Below are positions 1 to 13,900 of a stretch of DNA of 64,000 bases, piece after piece. Source of the stretch: Strigamia acuminata. Taxonomy: Eukaryota. The notes beneath the pieces are model-generated. The model searched no databases, had not been told where the DNA came from, and was given only the letters and a program-made list of their open reading frames with translations. The position numbers and the translations under genes were made by a program. Where the stretch lies: the NCBI GenBank assembly GCA_949358305.1, contig OX442314.1:19344001-19408000 (forward strand), written 5' to 3'. How positions within the stretch are numbered: the stretch's first letter is position 1; each line of letters opens with the position of its first letter.

Positions 1-190
1 TAGCACAATTCTACTAAATATTTCATTTTATTATCAGAATAATTTTAAATGTATATATATTTTTAATGAATTTAAAAAGAAATTAGAATGAGTAAGCAAT
101 TCTAAAATGAGAAGAAGTTTTCGTATCTATCATTTCTCATCAAGTGTTACAAACTTTGAAAGGGTGGTACAATACATTTTTAAATTGCAG

Positions 191-546
191 GTAATATTCT
201 CAGCATTGCGTTTTTCAATTTTGCTGGAATCAGTGTTACCAAAGAAATGAGTGCTACAACGAGAATGGTGCTGGACAGTGTGCGGACAGTTGTTATATGG
301 GCAGTCTCCTTAGCATTTAACATCGGAGGTCAAAAGTTTCATTATTTACAAGTTATTGGTTTCATATTCTTGATTATCGGCATGTGTTTATACTACGATA
401 TTATTATAATGCCATTCCTTCGCGCCAAGGGTTGCTGTGGACCTAGAGTTATTGCAGGAGCACATACTGAAAACAACATACAAGAAAATGGGAATGATGC
501 ACACAAAATTGATGTAAATGATAAAGCCAATTTAGTTGAGCCGTAA
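191..546 (+). CDS. SLC35F6: Last coding exon of solute carrier family 35 member F6 (TANGO9/C2orf18-like)
   Basis: Acceptor ttgcag ends at 190; the exon reads GNILSIAFFNFAGISVTKEMSATTRMVLDSVRTVVIWAVSL, the conserved SLC35F6 C-terminal TM motif; stop at 544-546. Confidence 0.9.
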
Positions 547-894
547 ACTTAATTTGAAACATTTCATGTATAATAGAAATAACTAAACAAATCAATCATG
601 TAATAAATTCTGATTATAGCAATTAATTTATTGCATTATGGTACGGCAATTATAATTTGTTTGCTTAGTTAGGCTGAAGGTCTTCTTTCTTTACAACAAA
701 CGGGAGATTTAAAATAATTATTTACATTTGATTGATCAACCCAGCACCCTCTCAGTGTCCGTTCTTGGTCACAGTCACAACAGAAACGTTACAACTGCCA
801 CCAGAGACCTTACCTTGTGATAACCAACCACAGGGTCAGAGCTCTTTGCTGGCGCATATCTATGGGGGTAGCTGAGAGGCTGCAGTTAGCCGGA

Positions 895-1415
895 TTCCCT
901 GAAAAAAATTTTTGAAAATTTGAAATTCTTTAATTTTTTTATGTGGTGTTCAGCATTTATCAGACCAAAATTTTGGTATAAAACTGAAGTTGTTAGATTG
1001 GTATCCAAAACAGCAACTTTTTGGAAACTTACCGCAGTAACGACGGTATTACTCCGCTGTAAGCAGCATGCCATTGGACATGGGTTTACCAAGTTTTTAG
1101 AATTTCAGTAAAACAGTTTTAACTGACATGCCAATATAAGTAAAAAAGCTGTTTTTTTTTTTTTATTTAATAAGATGAACAATTATGTTGGAATTTGGGC
1201 CTGAAATTTGAGTTGTGGGTAAATTTATAGAAATTTAAGCCAATTTCCTACATTCAGGACATCTAAAAAGGATTTTTATGCTTGTTTTGGCTGAATTCTC
1301 ATTGAAAAAAATGCGTACTCACATCGGCATGACAGTAAAAACGGGGTTTATCGGCATGCCAGTAAAACTCGCGGCTTAAAGCGGGCTAATACGGAAAATA
1401 TTTTTTGATAGGGAA
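895..1415. mobile_element. Possible degenerate non-autonomous foldback/MITE-like element
   Basis: Imperfect terminal inverted repeats (TTCCCTGAAAAAAAATTTT vs reverse complement of AAAATATTTTTTGATAGGGAA); internal GGCATG(A/C)CAGTAAAA-type motifs occur in both orientations. Confidence 0.35.
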
Positions 1416-2397
1416 CAGTAAAATACCTTTTTAGGTTTAAAGCTAACTAGCATGGAAACTCACCAACTTTGGTTAGCATGTTTTACTGAGGACATGCAAC
1501 AATTCAATCAAATGGAAGGAATGTTGTACTATAAATGGTTTTTGTATTTGCCAAGAAAATCTGAAGCCTGGATTTAAAGTAATGTAAATAGAGCTACCGG
1601 TAACTGTTTTTACATGCAAACTTGTGTATCAAACTTAATTTACGTCAATAAACAGACCTTGAACTGTATGCTAATCTATATCATTTAGCCAAAGGCAGGA
1701 AATTTTAAAAATTTCGTTTCCACTTTCTTAAATTCGACTTGAATTTCTATTTTGGGGATTGTGGGCACATTCAAACATACCAAATACAAATGAAGATTTA
1801 TACTGATTAATGCCGCATTTATTTGTCAGCTGTTTTAGTCAAGCATCAACACAAATAAAACTGAAAATTCTTGTCTGTGTTAGGTGTTTGGGTGTTTTCA
1901 CTGCATTCAGTTTGACGTTTTTAGTTCATACAGTTTGTAAATCGTAACACGACATAAACCCAGCACTTTTTTTCAAGATGCCAACAACACAATACAACTG
2001 ACAGAACTCAGGAGATCTTTTGAAAGTGAAGACGATGTAATTTTCATTTGATTAAAAGGTCAACGTACAACGGAAATATTCATTAAACTTAATGTGTTAC
2101 AAATAAGACCTTCACCTTTGTGGAAGATAAAATATTCAACTGATTGATTGGTCACAACCAAAAAAATGTTTGGCCTACTTTAGGCAATAATAAAAAATTT
2201 AAATGTTACTCAATTATGAGTGAATAACTTTCAAAGCCATCATTCATTTAACACTAACAAGCTTGGAAGAAGTGTATTGTCAGTTGGGACTATGTAAATC
2301 ATTTTTGTTCAGTTTTTCCTTTCCGTTTACATACAATTTTGCTCGACTCTGCAATAGTTAACCATTTATTTCTTTAATTCAATTTTTTTTACGATCA

Positions 2398-5300
2398 GGG
2401 CAAAAAAAAAAGGATGTTGTTGGAAACCAAATTCGAAAAGCGAAAGAAATCTTTTCATATTGCTCATTATTTTTATAGTTACGTCAATTTTTCTAATAAT
2501 TGGATTAATTTTAAAATCAAGATCACGTAAGTAATTTAATCTTGTTTATAATTTGATTTTACGTTTAGAAAATTAAATTGCAGAGGAAAAAGTTTGTAAT
2601 TCCAAAGTATGCATTGAAGCAGGTAATAATTTTTAACATACACAACATACATATTTAATTTTCCCGTAATTTATTTTGTATTTTTGCGATTAGCTTACGA
2701 ACTTCTCACAAATATGGACCCGACAGCTGACCCTTGTGTGGATTTCTATCAGTTTGCCTGTGGAGGATTTGCAAACACAACAAATGCATTGCAGCATTCA
2801 GCACTCAATAAGTTTGAAGCAAAGATGGTGGAAAACTTGGAACAGTTAAGAAGTAAGAATTGAAATAGCGCGGAATTATTTTACTAATTATTTATCATTT
2901 AATACAGAAATCATTATTCAACCGTGGAAATCTAGCGAGCCTAGATATTACAAGCTAGTCAAAGATTTATATTCATCGTGTCTGAATGAATGTGTGTAAG
3001 CTTTATCATTATTTATTGCATATTTTCGTAAGTGACAAGTATTGTCACTGTCACATAAATTTCAGATTCTGTTCTATTAATTGAAAGATTAGGATCATGT
3101 AATTTTATGATATTAACCAAATTTGGTCCATGGTCCAACCCATCATTCTTTAAACTATGCATAAAAAGGGCTAAGTAGCCATAAAAGTTTGCGAAACGCT
3201 GATAATTTTCTGCTACGGCTGAAATTGAAAGCCGTGTCTAGTAGTTTAGTTTATCAAAATAATTCTAAAATTTGAAAATGGTTACCGACGTAGGGCGCAG
3301 CATAGTTTTCTGTAGTTGTTTTGTTTTGTTCTATTTACCGTAGTAGTTATTGGTAAAGTAACTAGTAGTATTGCTGCTTGTAAAAGTGGTTTGTTGTGTT
3401 AATATATATTTTTTTTAAACCTTGAAAAAAATAGCTAAAATTGAAGAATTAGTGGATTCTCCTTTACGCACAATGTTAAAAGAAGTTGGAGGATGGCCTG
3501 TTTTGGAAGGATCTGACTGGAAGGAAAATAATTTTGATTGGAGGCAAACTCTTGTTCAGTTCAGAAGCATGGGGACCAACTTTAATTTATTTTTCTACTT
3601 GGATGTGAGGTCGAATTTATTGAATTCTGACGAATACGTTCTAAGTGTAAGTCACTAACGGTAGATGTTTTATTTCTTTAATTACAATTTAAAATTGCAG
3701 ATAGGCGAGCCATCGACGGTGCTACCTATAGAATATTACAAGAAAAAGAAATATCGTGAAGGTTATTTAAAATTAATGGTAGATATAGCAGTATTGCTTG
3801 GTGCAGATAAAACACAAGCTGAACGCGAAATGAAATCAGTACTTGACTTGGAGACGAAAATTGCTGAGGTAAACTATTCAATCGAAATGCTGGAATATGT
3901 TTAATTGCTTTATTTTGCAGTTTCTAGTGCCGTTGGAAGAAAGACGAAATGTTTCAAAATTTCACAACGAATTTATTGTTGATGACCTTCAAAAAATAAT
4001 GTCTCACATATCGTGGGTTGATTTCTTAAATAGTATGAAATTTTCAACGGTAATATCCAAGTACGACAAAGTTTTTGTTACTGTTCCAAACACCTTGAAA
4101 CAATTATCTGCTTTGCTTGAAAAAACAAACAAACGGTCAGTTTTATAATGGGCTGTGCTGTGCCCATTTCTGTCCAGCCCTATTCCGACGGTCCCTAAAC
4201 ATCGCAAAATGGAGGCTTTGCATATGCTCACAATCAAAAGAATGGGGGAAAACAATAAAATAAATAAATTTGAAGTGTGGGACCGCGTGGAATAGGACTG
4301 CATTGAATAATTGGTGCGGAATTGGGCTGAGCCGGTTTTAATCTCTGAATAAGTTTTCTTAGAGGTGTATAATTAATTCTAATTTTGTTTCTAGAATTAT
4401 TTCTAATTACATGTTGTGGAGAATTGTTTTGGGTCACTGTCAGCTTCTGCATAAGAAACTACAAACAGTGTGCAAGGAATTCTATGAAAAATTCCTAGGA
4501 TATGTTCCTTTTTCAACGAGAAAACACTATTGCATTAACACCGTCTTCTCTGCTTTGAAAATGGCAACTGGTGCTATATATGCTAAGAATCTATTTGATC
4601 CTGAATCTAAAGCAGTGGTATAACTGAGCTATTTTGTTATTATTTTGTTAGCTAATTAGTTATTCATCGGCCATCGCAGGTAACTGATCTTATTTTAAAT
4701 GTAAAAGAAGTGCTATCTCATAGTTTGAGCAATACCAAGTGGATGGATCCAGAAACACTAACGAAAGCTATGGAAAAAGTTGTAATTTCATAACACTTTA
4801 AGCTCATTTATTTTTGGATGATTTAATTTCAGTTAGGAACAATGAAAGAATATATTGCTTATCCTAAAGAACTATTAGATGATTCCATAATTAATAATTT
4901 TTACAAGTCGGTATGTTTTTCTTGCAAAACTGTCTAGTTTTTGAGCAGCAGCATTGAATAGACGGCACTGAAGCTCACTTCAAATATCGTGGAATATTTA
5001 TTATGTTTAATATTTTTACAGCTTAAAATTACCAGAGATGAGTATTTTCAAAACCTCTCAAATTTGTCTAGGTTTGTGACTGATTTTTATTTTTCTTTGC
5101 TAAACAAAAGAGTTGATGAAACGAGGTAAATTTATAGACATTTTATAGACATTTTTTTTTTTCAAGTTATTTATTTTAATTCAATTATTTCAGTTGGATT
5201 AGGTTTAGTGGCAGTGCAACAGTAAATGCTCATAATTTTTTTTCGGCAAATCGCATACGTAATTTAATATCGTAATAACTTAACGGCTTGTTTTATAAAT

Positions 5301-6566
5301 AATTTTATTTTCAGAGATTTACGCCGGGATATTGGGTGGTAGTTTTTTTAATCCTCATTGGCCTAAATATTTAAACTACGGTGGCATTGGTACTATTGTA
5401 GGACATGAGTTTGTTCACGGTTTTGATGACATAGGTACATTTGAAGAAAGAGAATCGTCCAGAGCTTTGATTTTAATAATTAATCATGGGGTGTGTGCCG
5501 AGCACTATTACGAAAATCAAACACCTTTCCAGTTCCCACTGACATGGGGATTCAGAATTGGTCTCTTAGTGAGAAATTTCTATTACAAGCACCTGCAGCT
5601 GGGACAGATTTCGATGTTTTTCATTTTCGAATATGTTCGCAGAACATTGAAATTCGAACGAACACCTTTCGGATTTATTCCTTTTCGTACAAATTAAATT
5701 CTAGCCCAATTATATTTTTTTTGAACTTCAAATTATTTACGTTGACGATTGAAAGCATATTTGATTTTTGATTAAATGTTTTCGACTAAAATTGAAGCTT
5801 TGATTACGAATACCTTTTTTGTATGTGAGTTACTAAAGATTTACATTGCAGGGAAGCAGTTTGATAAGCACGGCAACCTAAATAATTGGTGGGCAAATGA
5901 AACTTCGATGAAATTTCGTGAGAAGGCCGATATGGTTGTTCGGCAGTATTCAAGTTTTGTAGTTACTGCTATTAATATGACGGTAAATCAATTTTTATTC
6001 TAATATATTATTCAAACCCTAATATTCAATGCAGGTAAATGGTATAAATGTTCAAGGAGAGGCCATCAGCGATATAGAGGGTTTTAATCTAGCGTACAAG
6101 GTATGCTACTGTCTTAAAACTCATTTCTTTGCAACTAATTTATTGAAATTGATGACATTTTTGTGGAGGCATATGAAAAATGGGAGAAAAAAAACGAAAA
6201 AGAACATGGTTTGCCTGGTTTATCATTCAATTCAAGACAGTTGTTCTGGCTGAAAGCAGCTAATGTAATTACTATTGAAAATTTCTGCTGCATTATGGTT
6301 ACTACTACATATCTATTACTTTCTTAAAGCTCTGGTGTTCGAATCGACCAGAAGAGGCTTTAATTCTACAAATTCTAAACGGTGTGCATCCACCATCTCA
6401 GTACAGGTAGGAAAAAATTAACATCTAATGAAATTAAAGTATCTTACACTTTATAATGTTTTGCAGAGTAATAGGGCCACTTATCAATTCAAAATATTTT
6501 GGTAAAGATTTTAACTGTCCTGTTGGGTCACCAATGAACCCATATGAAAAAATTTCCTTTTGGTGA
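2398..6566 (+). CDS. Neprilysin/ECE-like M13 metallopeptidase, copy 1 (multi-exon, zinc site intact; 5' start unresolved)
   Basis: N-terminal TM segment, [40 protein letters not shown] (HExxH at 5404-5418), GEAISDIEG (ExxxD), [18 protein letters not shown]...FW stop at 6564-6566; many short GT-AG introns. Confidence 0.92.
4151..4334. mobile_element. Small MITE in an intron of neprilysin copy 1
   Basis: Imperfect inverted arms of about 50 bp: GGCTGTGCTGTGCCCATTT...CAGCCCTATTCCGACGGTCCC vs GGGACCGCGTGGAATAGGACTG...AATTGGGCTGAGCC. The host intron is longer than the equivalent intron in the paralogs. Confidence 0.55.
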
Positions 6567-7886
6567 CAGTTTTTCTTAAATACTAGTCTTTTTTATTCTG
6601 TAATACTTATATTTTTAGTTATTATTGTAACATGCAATTTATGTTAATAGGAACCAATTTATTACAGTACATCTTAATACGAATAAATTCATGCTAATGG
6701 TTGGATTAAAGTCGTTTCCTATGTGTAAGATAGTATTACATAATATACAATATGAAAATATTAACCTTATTGACTTGTTTTCTTTGCCAATTTTGGAAAG
6801 TTGTGCTGACTTAAAGGGCTTTTGTTGACAGCAAAAGCCGACTCAGATTTGATTTAACATGATTACATGACAAATAATAAAGTTGTGAAAAGCATTAAAA
6901 ACAATTTACCCGTACTGAATTAATTCTACACTATTGCAAACAATTGGTTATTACTTATCCAGACAATTAAGCAGCAATTGAACGCCACGCGTCCTGAGTG
7001 ACGTCCAATTGTATTGCTTATTTGTCTTTCTCGTTCTAATAAGAGAGAGCTACTGGTATCTTAATTTTTAAAAAAAAGTTTGACCAAGTCGGCCAATTAT
7101 GTGGGATCAAAAAGAGAATTTATAAATTATTGACATTTGTTTTATCCGTCTAAGTAAAATTAATTAATAGGCACATTAAATTACTCTCGTATCATACTGA
7201 CTTTTTTGTTTTAAGCCCACCAAACATCCGGGCCTGAGGTCTGCTTCAGGATGTGGGGGCTAGGCATATAGCTCATATTTTTGGATTTTCAGTTAAACAG
7301 TAAGAAAATAAAAATATGGACATGTATTTTTATCCAAGGTCCACTAAGTCTCTATCATCTTGAAGGACAAATTTAGTTATTGCACTGTGGCTACAAGCAC
7401 AGGGCGCCAAAACTTAGGGGCTCATTCATGCGCCTTAAATTCACCGACCACCTGAAAAATACCGATTTTAGTTTTCGTGCATTCAAAGCAATGTACGACG
7501 GGGAGCATAAAAAATCGCACAGGGCGCTGATAAACCTGGAGACGATCGGCCTCGTGTTTCCGTTTGTAGTTGTGCAAACGGAACTATTCATTAAGTTGGA
7601 ATTAGAAATAAGACCTTCGCCTATTTTTCGTCTTTAATATACGGCAACATTTGTCATTCTCAACAAATGTTTGGCCTATTAAATAAAATAATGAAGTAAT
7701 TACATCTTAGTACATAATCGTTAAAGTTTCAACTTATCACTTGGCAAACTCGTGCAGGAGTTGGATTAGACCGGTCGGTCTGTTCTCTCGGTTCGTTTTG
7801 TTTGTTTTCTAATTTTGCTGTTGTAGGTAAGGTAGTATCTACATCATTTCTAGGGTACTCGAAAAATTGTATCATCCCGTGTAGAT

Positions 7887-10800
7887 ATGGATAACAAAAA
7901 AAGAAGCAGTTGGAAACCGATTTCTAAATATGAAAAAATTTTATTTGCGATTGCAATTATTTTCATTCTGTTGTCAGTTTTTCTTGTAATTGGATTAATC
8001 GTCAAGTCAAAATCAGGTAAGGAAGGCAATTATGATATTATAATTAGCTTAAGAAACGTAAATTTTTAGGGAAAAATATTTGCAATTCGAAAGCGTGCGT
8101 CGAAGCGGGTACAGTACGAAAAATACTCAAATGCTTCAAATGTGAGAAATATGGGTCACAATTTTCTTTTAGCGTATGAAATCATCACAAATATGGATCC
8201 GAATGCAGAACCATGCACTGATTTTTATCAGTATGGTTGTGGAGGTTTTGCAAATAAAACAAGCATTCTAGGTTTAGAAGCTTTTTCTGAAATGTCATAT
8301 GATGTGATTAGGATGGAGATCTTGGAAGAGTTCCGAAGTAAACAAAATTTCCTTATTCCGCTACATCTCCATTAAGTACTAATCATGCATAATTATTTGC
8401 TCCAGAAATTGTTAATCAACCTTTGGAGGAAAGAGAAAATAGATATTCTAAGCAAGTTAAAGATTTATATTCTTCGTGTATGAATGAATGTACGTAATTT
8501 TACCATTTTACCAGTACGGTATGCATTTTAAAATCACTTTTTTAAAAATAAAACAGCAATACTCGAGGAATTAGGCGCGTCCCCATTAATTGAATCGTTA
8601 AATGAAGTTGGAGGATGGCCAGTTCTTGTGGGATCCGATTGGAAAGAAAATGAATTTGATTGGAAGCAAGCTCTTGTTCAGTTTCGAAGTATGGGAATTC
8701 CAATTAACTATTTTTTCCATATACGTGTGTCAGCTAAACTCGGTAGCCCACATTCCGCAACAAATATCATGAAGGTAAATAAATTTTAGTTTCATCTTAA
8801 TTTGAAATACCATTCATTTACTCAAATTTTAGATAGATCCGCCGTGGTCAACACATGTGCCATCAGAAGAAGATGATCGCAAAGCTTATCTTGATTACAT
8901 GATTGATTTAGCTGTGCTCTTAGGAGCAGAGAGAGCGAGAGCTGAACGTGAAATGAAAGTAGTGCTTGATTTTGAAACTAATCTTAACAAGATTTTGGTA
9001 AGTAAATGAATAAAAATTGTCAATATTAGTTACACCACTTTGCTTTTTGTACTTTTAAATAGCCACCTCCAAAGAGCAATTCTTCTGCAGAAATTACAGT
9101 ACGGGTGCACGAATTGGAGAACTACATGTCCCAAATTTCCTGGTATGACTTTCTCAACAGCTTAGACTTTTCAACACCAATAACTAATTATAACGAAGTA
9201 GAAGTCCTTGAACCAGACTATTTAAAACAACTTTCTACTTTACTTTCATCAGCCAATAAAAGGTGAGCTCTTTTATTTTCATTTATCAGGGTTTTGGAAT
9301 CAATTAAATAGCTGTTTATAGAATTATTGCTAATTATATCATGTGGAACGTGGTCGAGGATCATTGTAAATATCTAAATAAGAAGTTTCGAAATTTCTGT
9401 GCGGAATATCACAAGGACTATCGAGGATTTCCTAGTTTTCCATCTAGACAATTTTTTTGCTATTCAGAATTGCGTGACGTCATGACTGTGGCAACTGGTG
9501 CCATGTATGTTAAAAATGTACCGGATCCACAATCTAAACCTATGGTAAGAATTATAATTTTACTAAAAAATAATAAAAAATAATAATTTATGGAAAATTT
9601 AGGCGACTGACATTGCGAATAGCATCCGAGATGTTCTAACTCGAAGTATTCAGAAAGCTAAATGGATGGATTCATCAACATTGACATCAGCAATGGGAAA
9701 AGTAATAGTTTAACTTTTCCCCATATAAATTTATAGACATTTTTTTAAAAAGTTATATAATTTCAGCTTAAAACATTGAATTTGTTAATTGGTTATTTGG
9801 ATGAGCATATTAATGACACTATCATAAATGATTTCTACGCTCCCGTAAGTCAATTGCTGCAGATATCATTTTCTCTGGTAGCGATTTATTTTATATGCGA
9901 ATACAGATTATACGGCAAGTAAAACTCTTTGCCTATAGGGCACTCTGTATTCGCTTTATCACACGAGAGAGTTTGAGAGGCATTTGTAAGGACGCTATTA
10001 CAAATGCGTCTCCCTCTCTCGTCATTAGAGCATAAACACTGGCCACTTGTAGAGGAACCAAAGGCAGAAAATTGTTTTTGGCGGATCCGCAGTGATAAGA
10101 ATGACCCGGTGGTTATGCTCAAAATGACAATCAACACTTATTAATATAAAGATTGTGTTCATTCAGCTCGTCATTTCAAACAATACATTTTTTAAAAATA
10201 TGCTGCACTCGAATAAATTTGAAGTTGACCGACAATTTTCCAAAATAACAAAGAAAACGGCTGATGACTTAGCGTAAGTGGTCACGGTTTTTACAATGTA
10301 CGGTAGGTTAACTTCGTACGGAAGTACAAACTTATTTCGACCCTCTGTAGACTGTGCAATGGTAGTTTTGGTCAAGAGGCAGTGGCTAATGAATGGGTGA
10401 AGGAAAAAAACTCAAATTCCACACTTTTGGTTGGCACTTTGAGCTGCAATCCTTCCCTCAATCTTTCATCGGCAATATTACAAAATAAATTTTAAATTTA
10501 CAATATGTTTCAGAACTTTTATCTTCGACCGTCATGATATCTGGACATTTGAAACGTATTATCGGCAATCATTAAATCGTGTTGGTAATTTATTAAACAT
10601 GCTTTAAAATATCAAACTTTAAAACCGAAAGTAATTCCGGTATTTAATTTAGAAATATACGCCAGCTTATTGAGACCTCCGTTATTTAATGTCGAATGGC
10701 CAAACTATTTAAACTATGGTGGCTTCGGTTCTATGTTTGGATTTGAGATTCTTGAAGGATTTGGTTCTACTGGTAATTTTTTTTTTACAATTTTTAAATC

Positions 10801-11550
10801 AAGAAAAAAAAAAAACATTCTCAAACGAATCGAATTGCAGGAAAATATTACGATCGTCACGGAAACCGTTACAAGTGGTGGTCAGATGATACTGAAAGCA
10901 AGTTCCGTGAAAAAAGCGATTTGGCTTTACAGCAATACTCCAATTTAAATATTGGAGTGAATGTAAGTTTAAGATTTAATGAATCATGCAATACAATACG
11001 GCAAAATGTTCTGAAGTCAGATTATTTTTATTCAGAAAGACCGTTTCCAATCAATATTCCTCAAAGTAAACGAAGGAACGAATCTGGCTTACGAAGTAAT
11101 GATTACTCCGTATTTAAAGCTAATTTTAATGTTTAGAAAAAAACCACATTATTACAATTTTTATTTATTGAAGGCTTATGAAAAATGGGAAAAGATTAAC
11201 AAGGTGGAACCTGGCTTACCGGGTTTAACATTAAATTCAAGACAACTATTTTGGATACATGGAATTAATGTATAGTAGAATCTTTTTTTTAATGGAAAGA
11301 TTGATTTGAATAACATTGCCATTATTATCTTTTTAAAAAGGCATTTTGTGCAAAGACAGTGGGCAGTGACGTGAAATATTTGTAAGAAAGCTCAAAAGGA
11401 AAAATACAGTTTTAATGCGCCTTACTAAATCGTTTATATTTTTATAGAACAATTGGGCGGGTGATCAATTCACAACATTTTGGCAAGGATTTTAACTGTC
11501 CCGTCGGCTCGCCAATGAATCCGAAAGAAAAGATAAACCTCTTTTCATAA
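7887..11550 (+). CDS. Neprilysin-like M13 protein, copy 2; predicted non-catalytic
   Basis: MDNKKRSSWKP plus TM segment, EPCTDFYQYGCGGF, LNYGGFGSMFGFEILEGFG (HExxH replaced by FEILE at 10742-10756), C-terminal [19 protein letters not shown] stop; splice sites are conserved. Confidence 0.88.
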
Positions 11551-12066
11551 AAGTCAAATAATTTTGGTTTGATGTTTTTCTATTTGAATATTTCATAATC
11601 ATTCTACTTTGTTGTGTACGCTGTGTAAATTACTAATGATATTTTATATAAAATATTTAGTACTGCCATTTGTGTTTGTGTTGATAAATTTTTTAGTTTT
11701 AGTACTTCTTACTTGTACAACGGAGGACTTGCTGGCTGAGAATATATCATTTACGTGTAAAATTGAAACCATTTTAGTGGCAGCAATTAAACGTCTCGCG
11801 TCTAATTGCAGCTATTTATCTATCTCGTCAATTTTTTAAAAACTATGACCCAGTCAACCAGCTCTGTGAGATAAACAAAAGACAAGAAGATGCTTTATAA
11901 ATTATTGACATTTGTTTTATCCATCTAACTAAAATTAATTGCTTTAATAGGCACGTTACATTACCCTCGCATCATACTGACTTTTTGTTTCCTCATTAAT
12001 TCGCCCTAAACTCACCGAATAGCTGAAACGTTCCGAAAAAAGAGCGATTTTAGTTTTTGTGCATTC

Positions 12067-12246
12067 TGATGGTGGATGAGTTAGATTTATGTAGATATAT
12101 ATATTTTAGGTCGCAGAGCAACTTGTGCTGCGACTAGCGTTTATTCTAGTAGGACAGGAAGTGAAGGGGTAAAGGGGGAAGGGAGTGACCAGTGGGTGGT
12201 CCAATACAAAACATCATGCCGAGATGACGTATAAAACATTCCAACA
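12067..12246 (-). repeat. 3' LTR of copia A
   Basis: Identical by eye to 23590-23769; preceded on the minus strand by PPT GAGAAGGAG. Confidence 0.96.
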
Positions 12247-12295
12247 CTCCTTCTCATCACAAATGATGTTGGTTACATAAAAAAAACAATAAAAA

Positions 12296-13900
12296 TTAAC
12301 TCAAAAATAAGTTTAACATTTTTAAACAATCTTCATGCTTCGGTCGGTAGAGTCCTTTGGTGAAGACATCTGCTGCCATTTGAGTGGTTGGCAGGTAGTG
12401 GAGACTCATTTTCTTATCTTCTACGACTTCTTTGGCGAAGTGAAAGTGCATATCGATGTGCTTGCTATCATGATAGCTCGAATGATCTTGTGAGAAGCAA
12501 ATGGCGGCCTGGTTGTCACAAAAGACGTCAGTTGCTTCCTGTTGCATTGTTTGGCAGCCCAACTCAATTAGAAGTCCTCTGAGGTGCAGGAGTTCCTTTG
12601 CTGCCTCCGATACCGCCATGTACTCAGCCTCCATGGTCGAAAGTGCAACGGTATGTTGCTTCTTGGATGCCCACGAGATTGGGCTTCCGGCCAAAATGAA
12701 CACATATCCTGTGGTCGATCTTCTGTCGTCGATGTCGCCACCCCAATCCGCGTCGGCGAATCCGTACAAATTTTCTTCAGTCTTCTCGTAGGTGATGCCT
12801 AATTTTCGCGTCCCTTTCAAGTATGAAAGTACCCTTTTCGCAGCTTTCCAGTGTGTTTCACCTGGATTTGCGCAGAAACGACTGAGGCTGCTCACTGCGA
12901 AGGCCAAATCTGGGCGAGTCGAATTCGACAGGTAAATCAATGCGCCAATTAACTCGCGATATGGCACGTTTTTCATTTTCTTCTTTTCTTCGTTTGTCTT
13001 GGGTGACATTTCTTTGGTTAGCTTCAGTGCAGGGTCAATTGGTGTGCTGACGGTGTTGCAGTTTGTCATGTTGAAGCGTTCCAAAATTTCATCGATGTAT
13101 TTGGTCTGAGTGATTTGCACAGTGTGTTCTTCCTCGTTTTGATTAATTTCAATCCCCAAGCAGTATTTCAGCGATCCGATGTCTTTCATCTTGAATTTAT
13201 CGCTTAAGTCGGACTTAATCTTGTTCATAGTTTCGGAGTTTTCAGCTATTATGATTAGGTCGTCTACGTAGACTGCAATTATGGTGGATTTTCCCTCTTC
13301 CAATCTGTAGAAGACACACGGATCTTTGTTGCTACGATTTAATTTCATCTTTTTGCGGAGGTGGCGACTTAGCTTCTTATGCCAATTCCTTCCGGCTTGC
13401 TTGAGTCCGTAGAGTGATTTCTTTAGCAAACAGACTTTATCTTCCTGTCCTTCTTCAACGAAGCCATCTGGTTGTCGCATAAATATTTCTTCATCGAGTT
13501 CGCCTTGAATATAGGCGGCGACAACATCCATTTGGTCGATTAGCCATCCCTTCTCAACTGCATACGCGATGAGAGTGCGGATAGAGTTGTAACGGACCAC
13601 AGGGGCGTAGGTTTCGTTGAAGTCAACTCCTTCTTTCTGCATAAAACCCTTGGCAACCAATCGTCCTTTGTAGCGGTCTATGTTGCCTTGCTTGTCCCGT
13701 TTGATGCGGAAAACCCAACATGAAAAAATCACTTTTTGATTTTTGGGTTTGTCGACAAGTATCCACGTTCCCATCTCCTTCAGCGCGTCGATTTCGTTTT
13801 GCATGGCTTCGCGCCATTCATTTCGATCGTCTCTGGACATCGCTTCTTCGACGGTGATGGGGTCTGATGGGAGTGAGCCGCAAACGAAATTTGCTGATCC
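12296..13900 (-). CDS. Copia A reverse transcriptase / RNase H
   Basis: DPITVEEAMSRDD...[44 protein letters not shown]. Out of frame with the upstream integrase ORF; the 5' limit is approximate. Confidence 0.93.
   Translation of the reverse strand, partial: GSANFVCGSLPSDPITVEEAMSRDDRNEWREAMQNEIDALKEMGTWILVDKPKNQKVIFSCWVFRIKRDKQGNIDRYKGRLVAKGFMQKEGVDFNETYAPVVRYNSIRTLIAYAVEKGWLIDQMDVVAAYIQGELDEEIFMRQPDGFVEEGQEDKVCLLKKSLYGLKQAGRNWHKKLSRHLRKKMKLNRSNKDPCVFYRLEEGKSTIIAVYVDDLIIIAENSETMNKIKSDLSDKFKMKDIGSLKYCLGIEINQNEEEHTVQITQTKYIDEILERFNMTNCNTVSTPIDPALKLTKEMSPKTNEEKKKMKNVPYRELIGALIYLSNSTRPDLAFAVSSLSRFCANPGETHWKAAKRVLSYLKGTRKLGITYEKTEENLYGFADADWGGDIDDRRSTTGYVFILAGSPISWASKKQHTVALSTMEAEYMAVSEAAKELLHLRGLLIELGCQTMQQEATDVFCDNQAAICFSQDHSSYHDSKHIDMHFHFAKEVVEDKKMSLHYLPTTQMAADVFTKGLYRPKHEDCLKMLNLFLS

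Noticed and set aside
7380..7600. GC-richer block with CACAGGGCGC repeats and a hairpin upstream of each neprilysin-like copy
   Set aside because: Possibly an old MITE or Helitron end, but no termini or TSD could be defined; the recurrence is explained by the tandem duplication.
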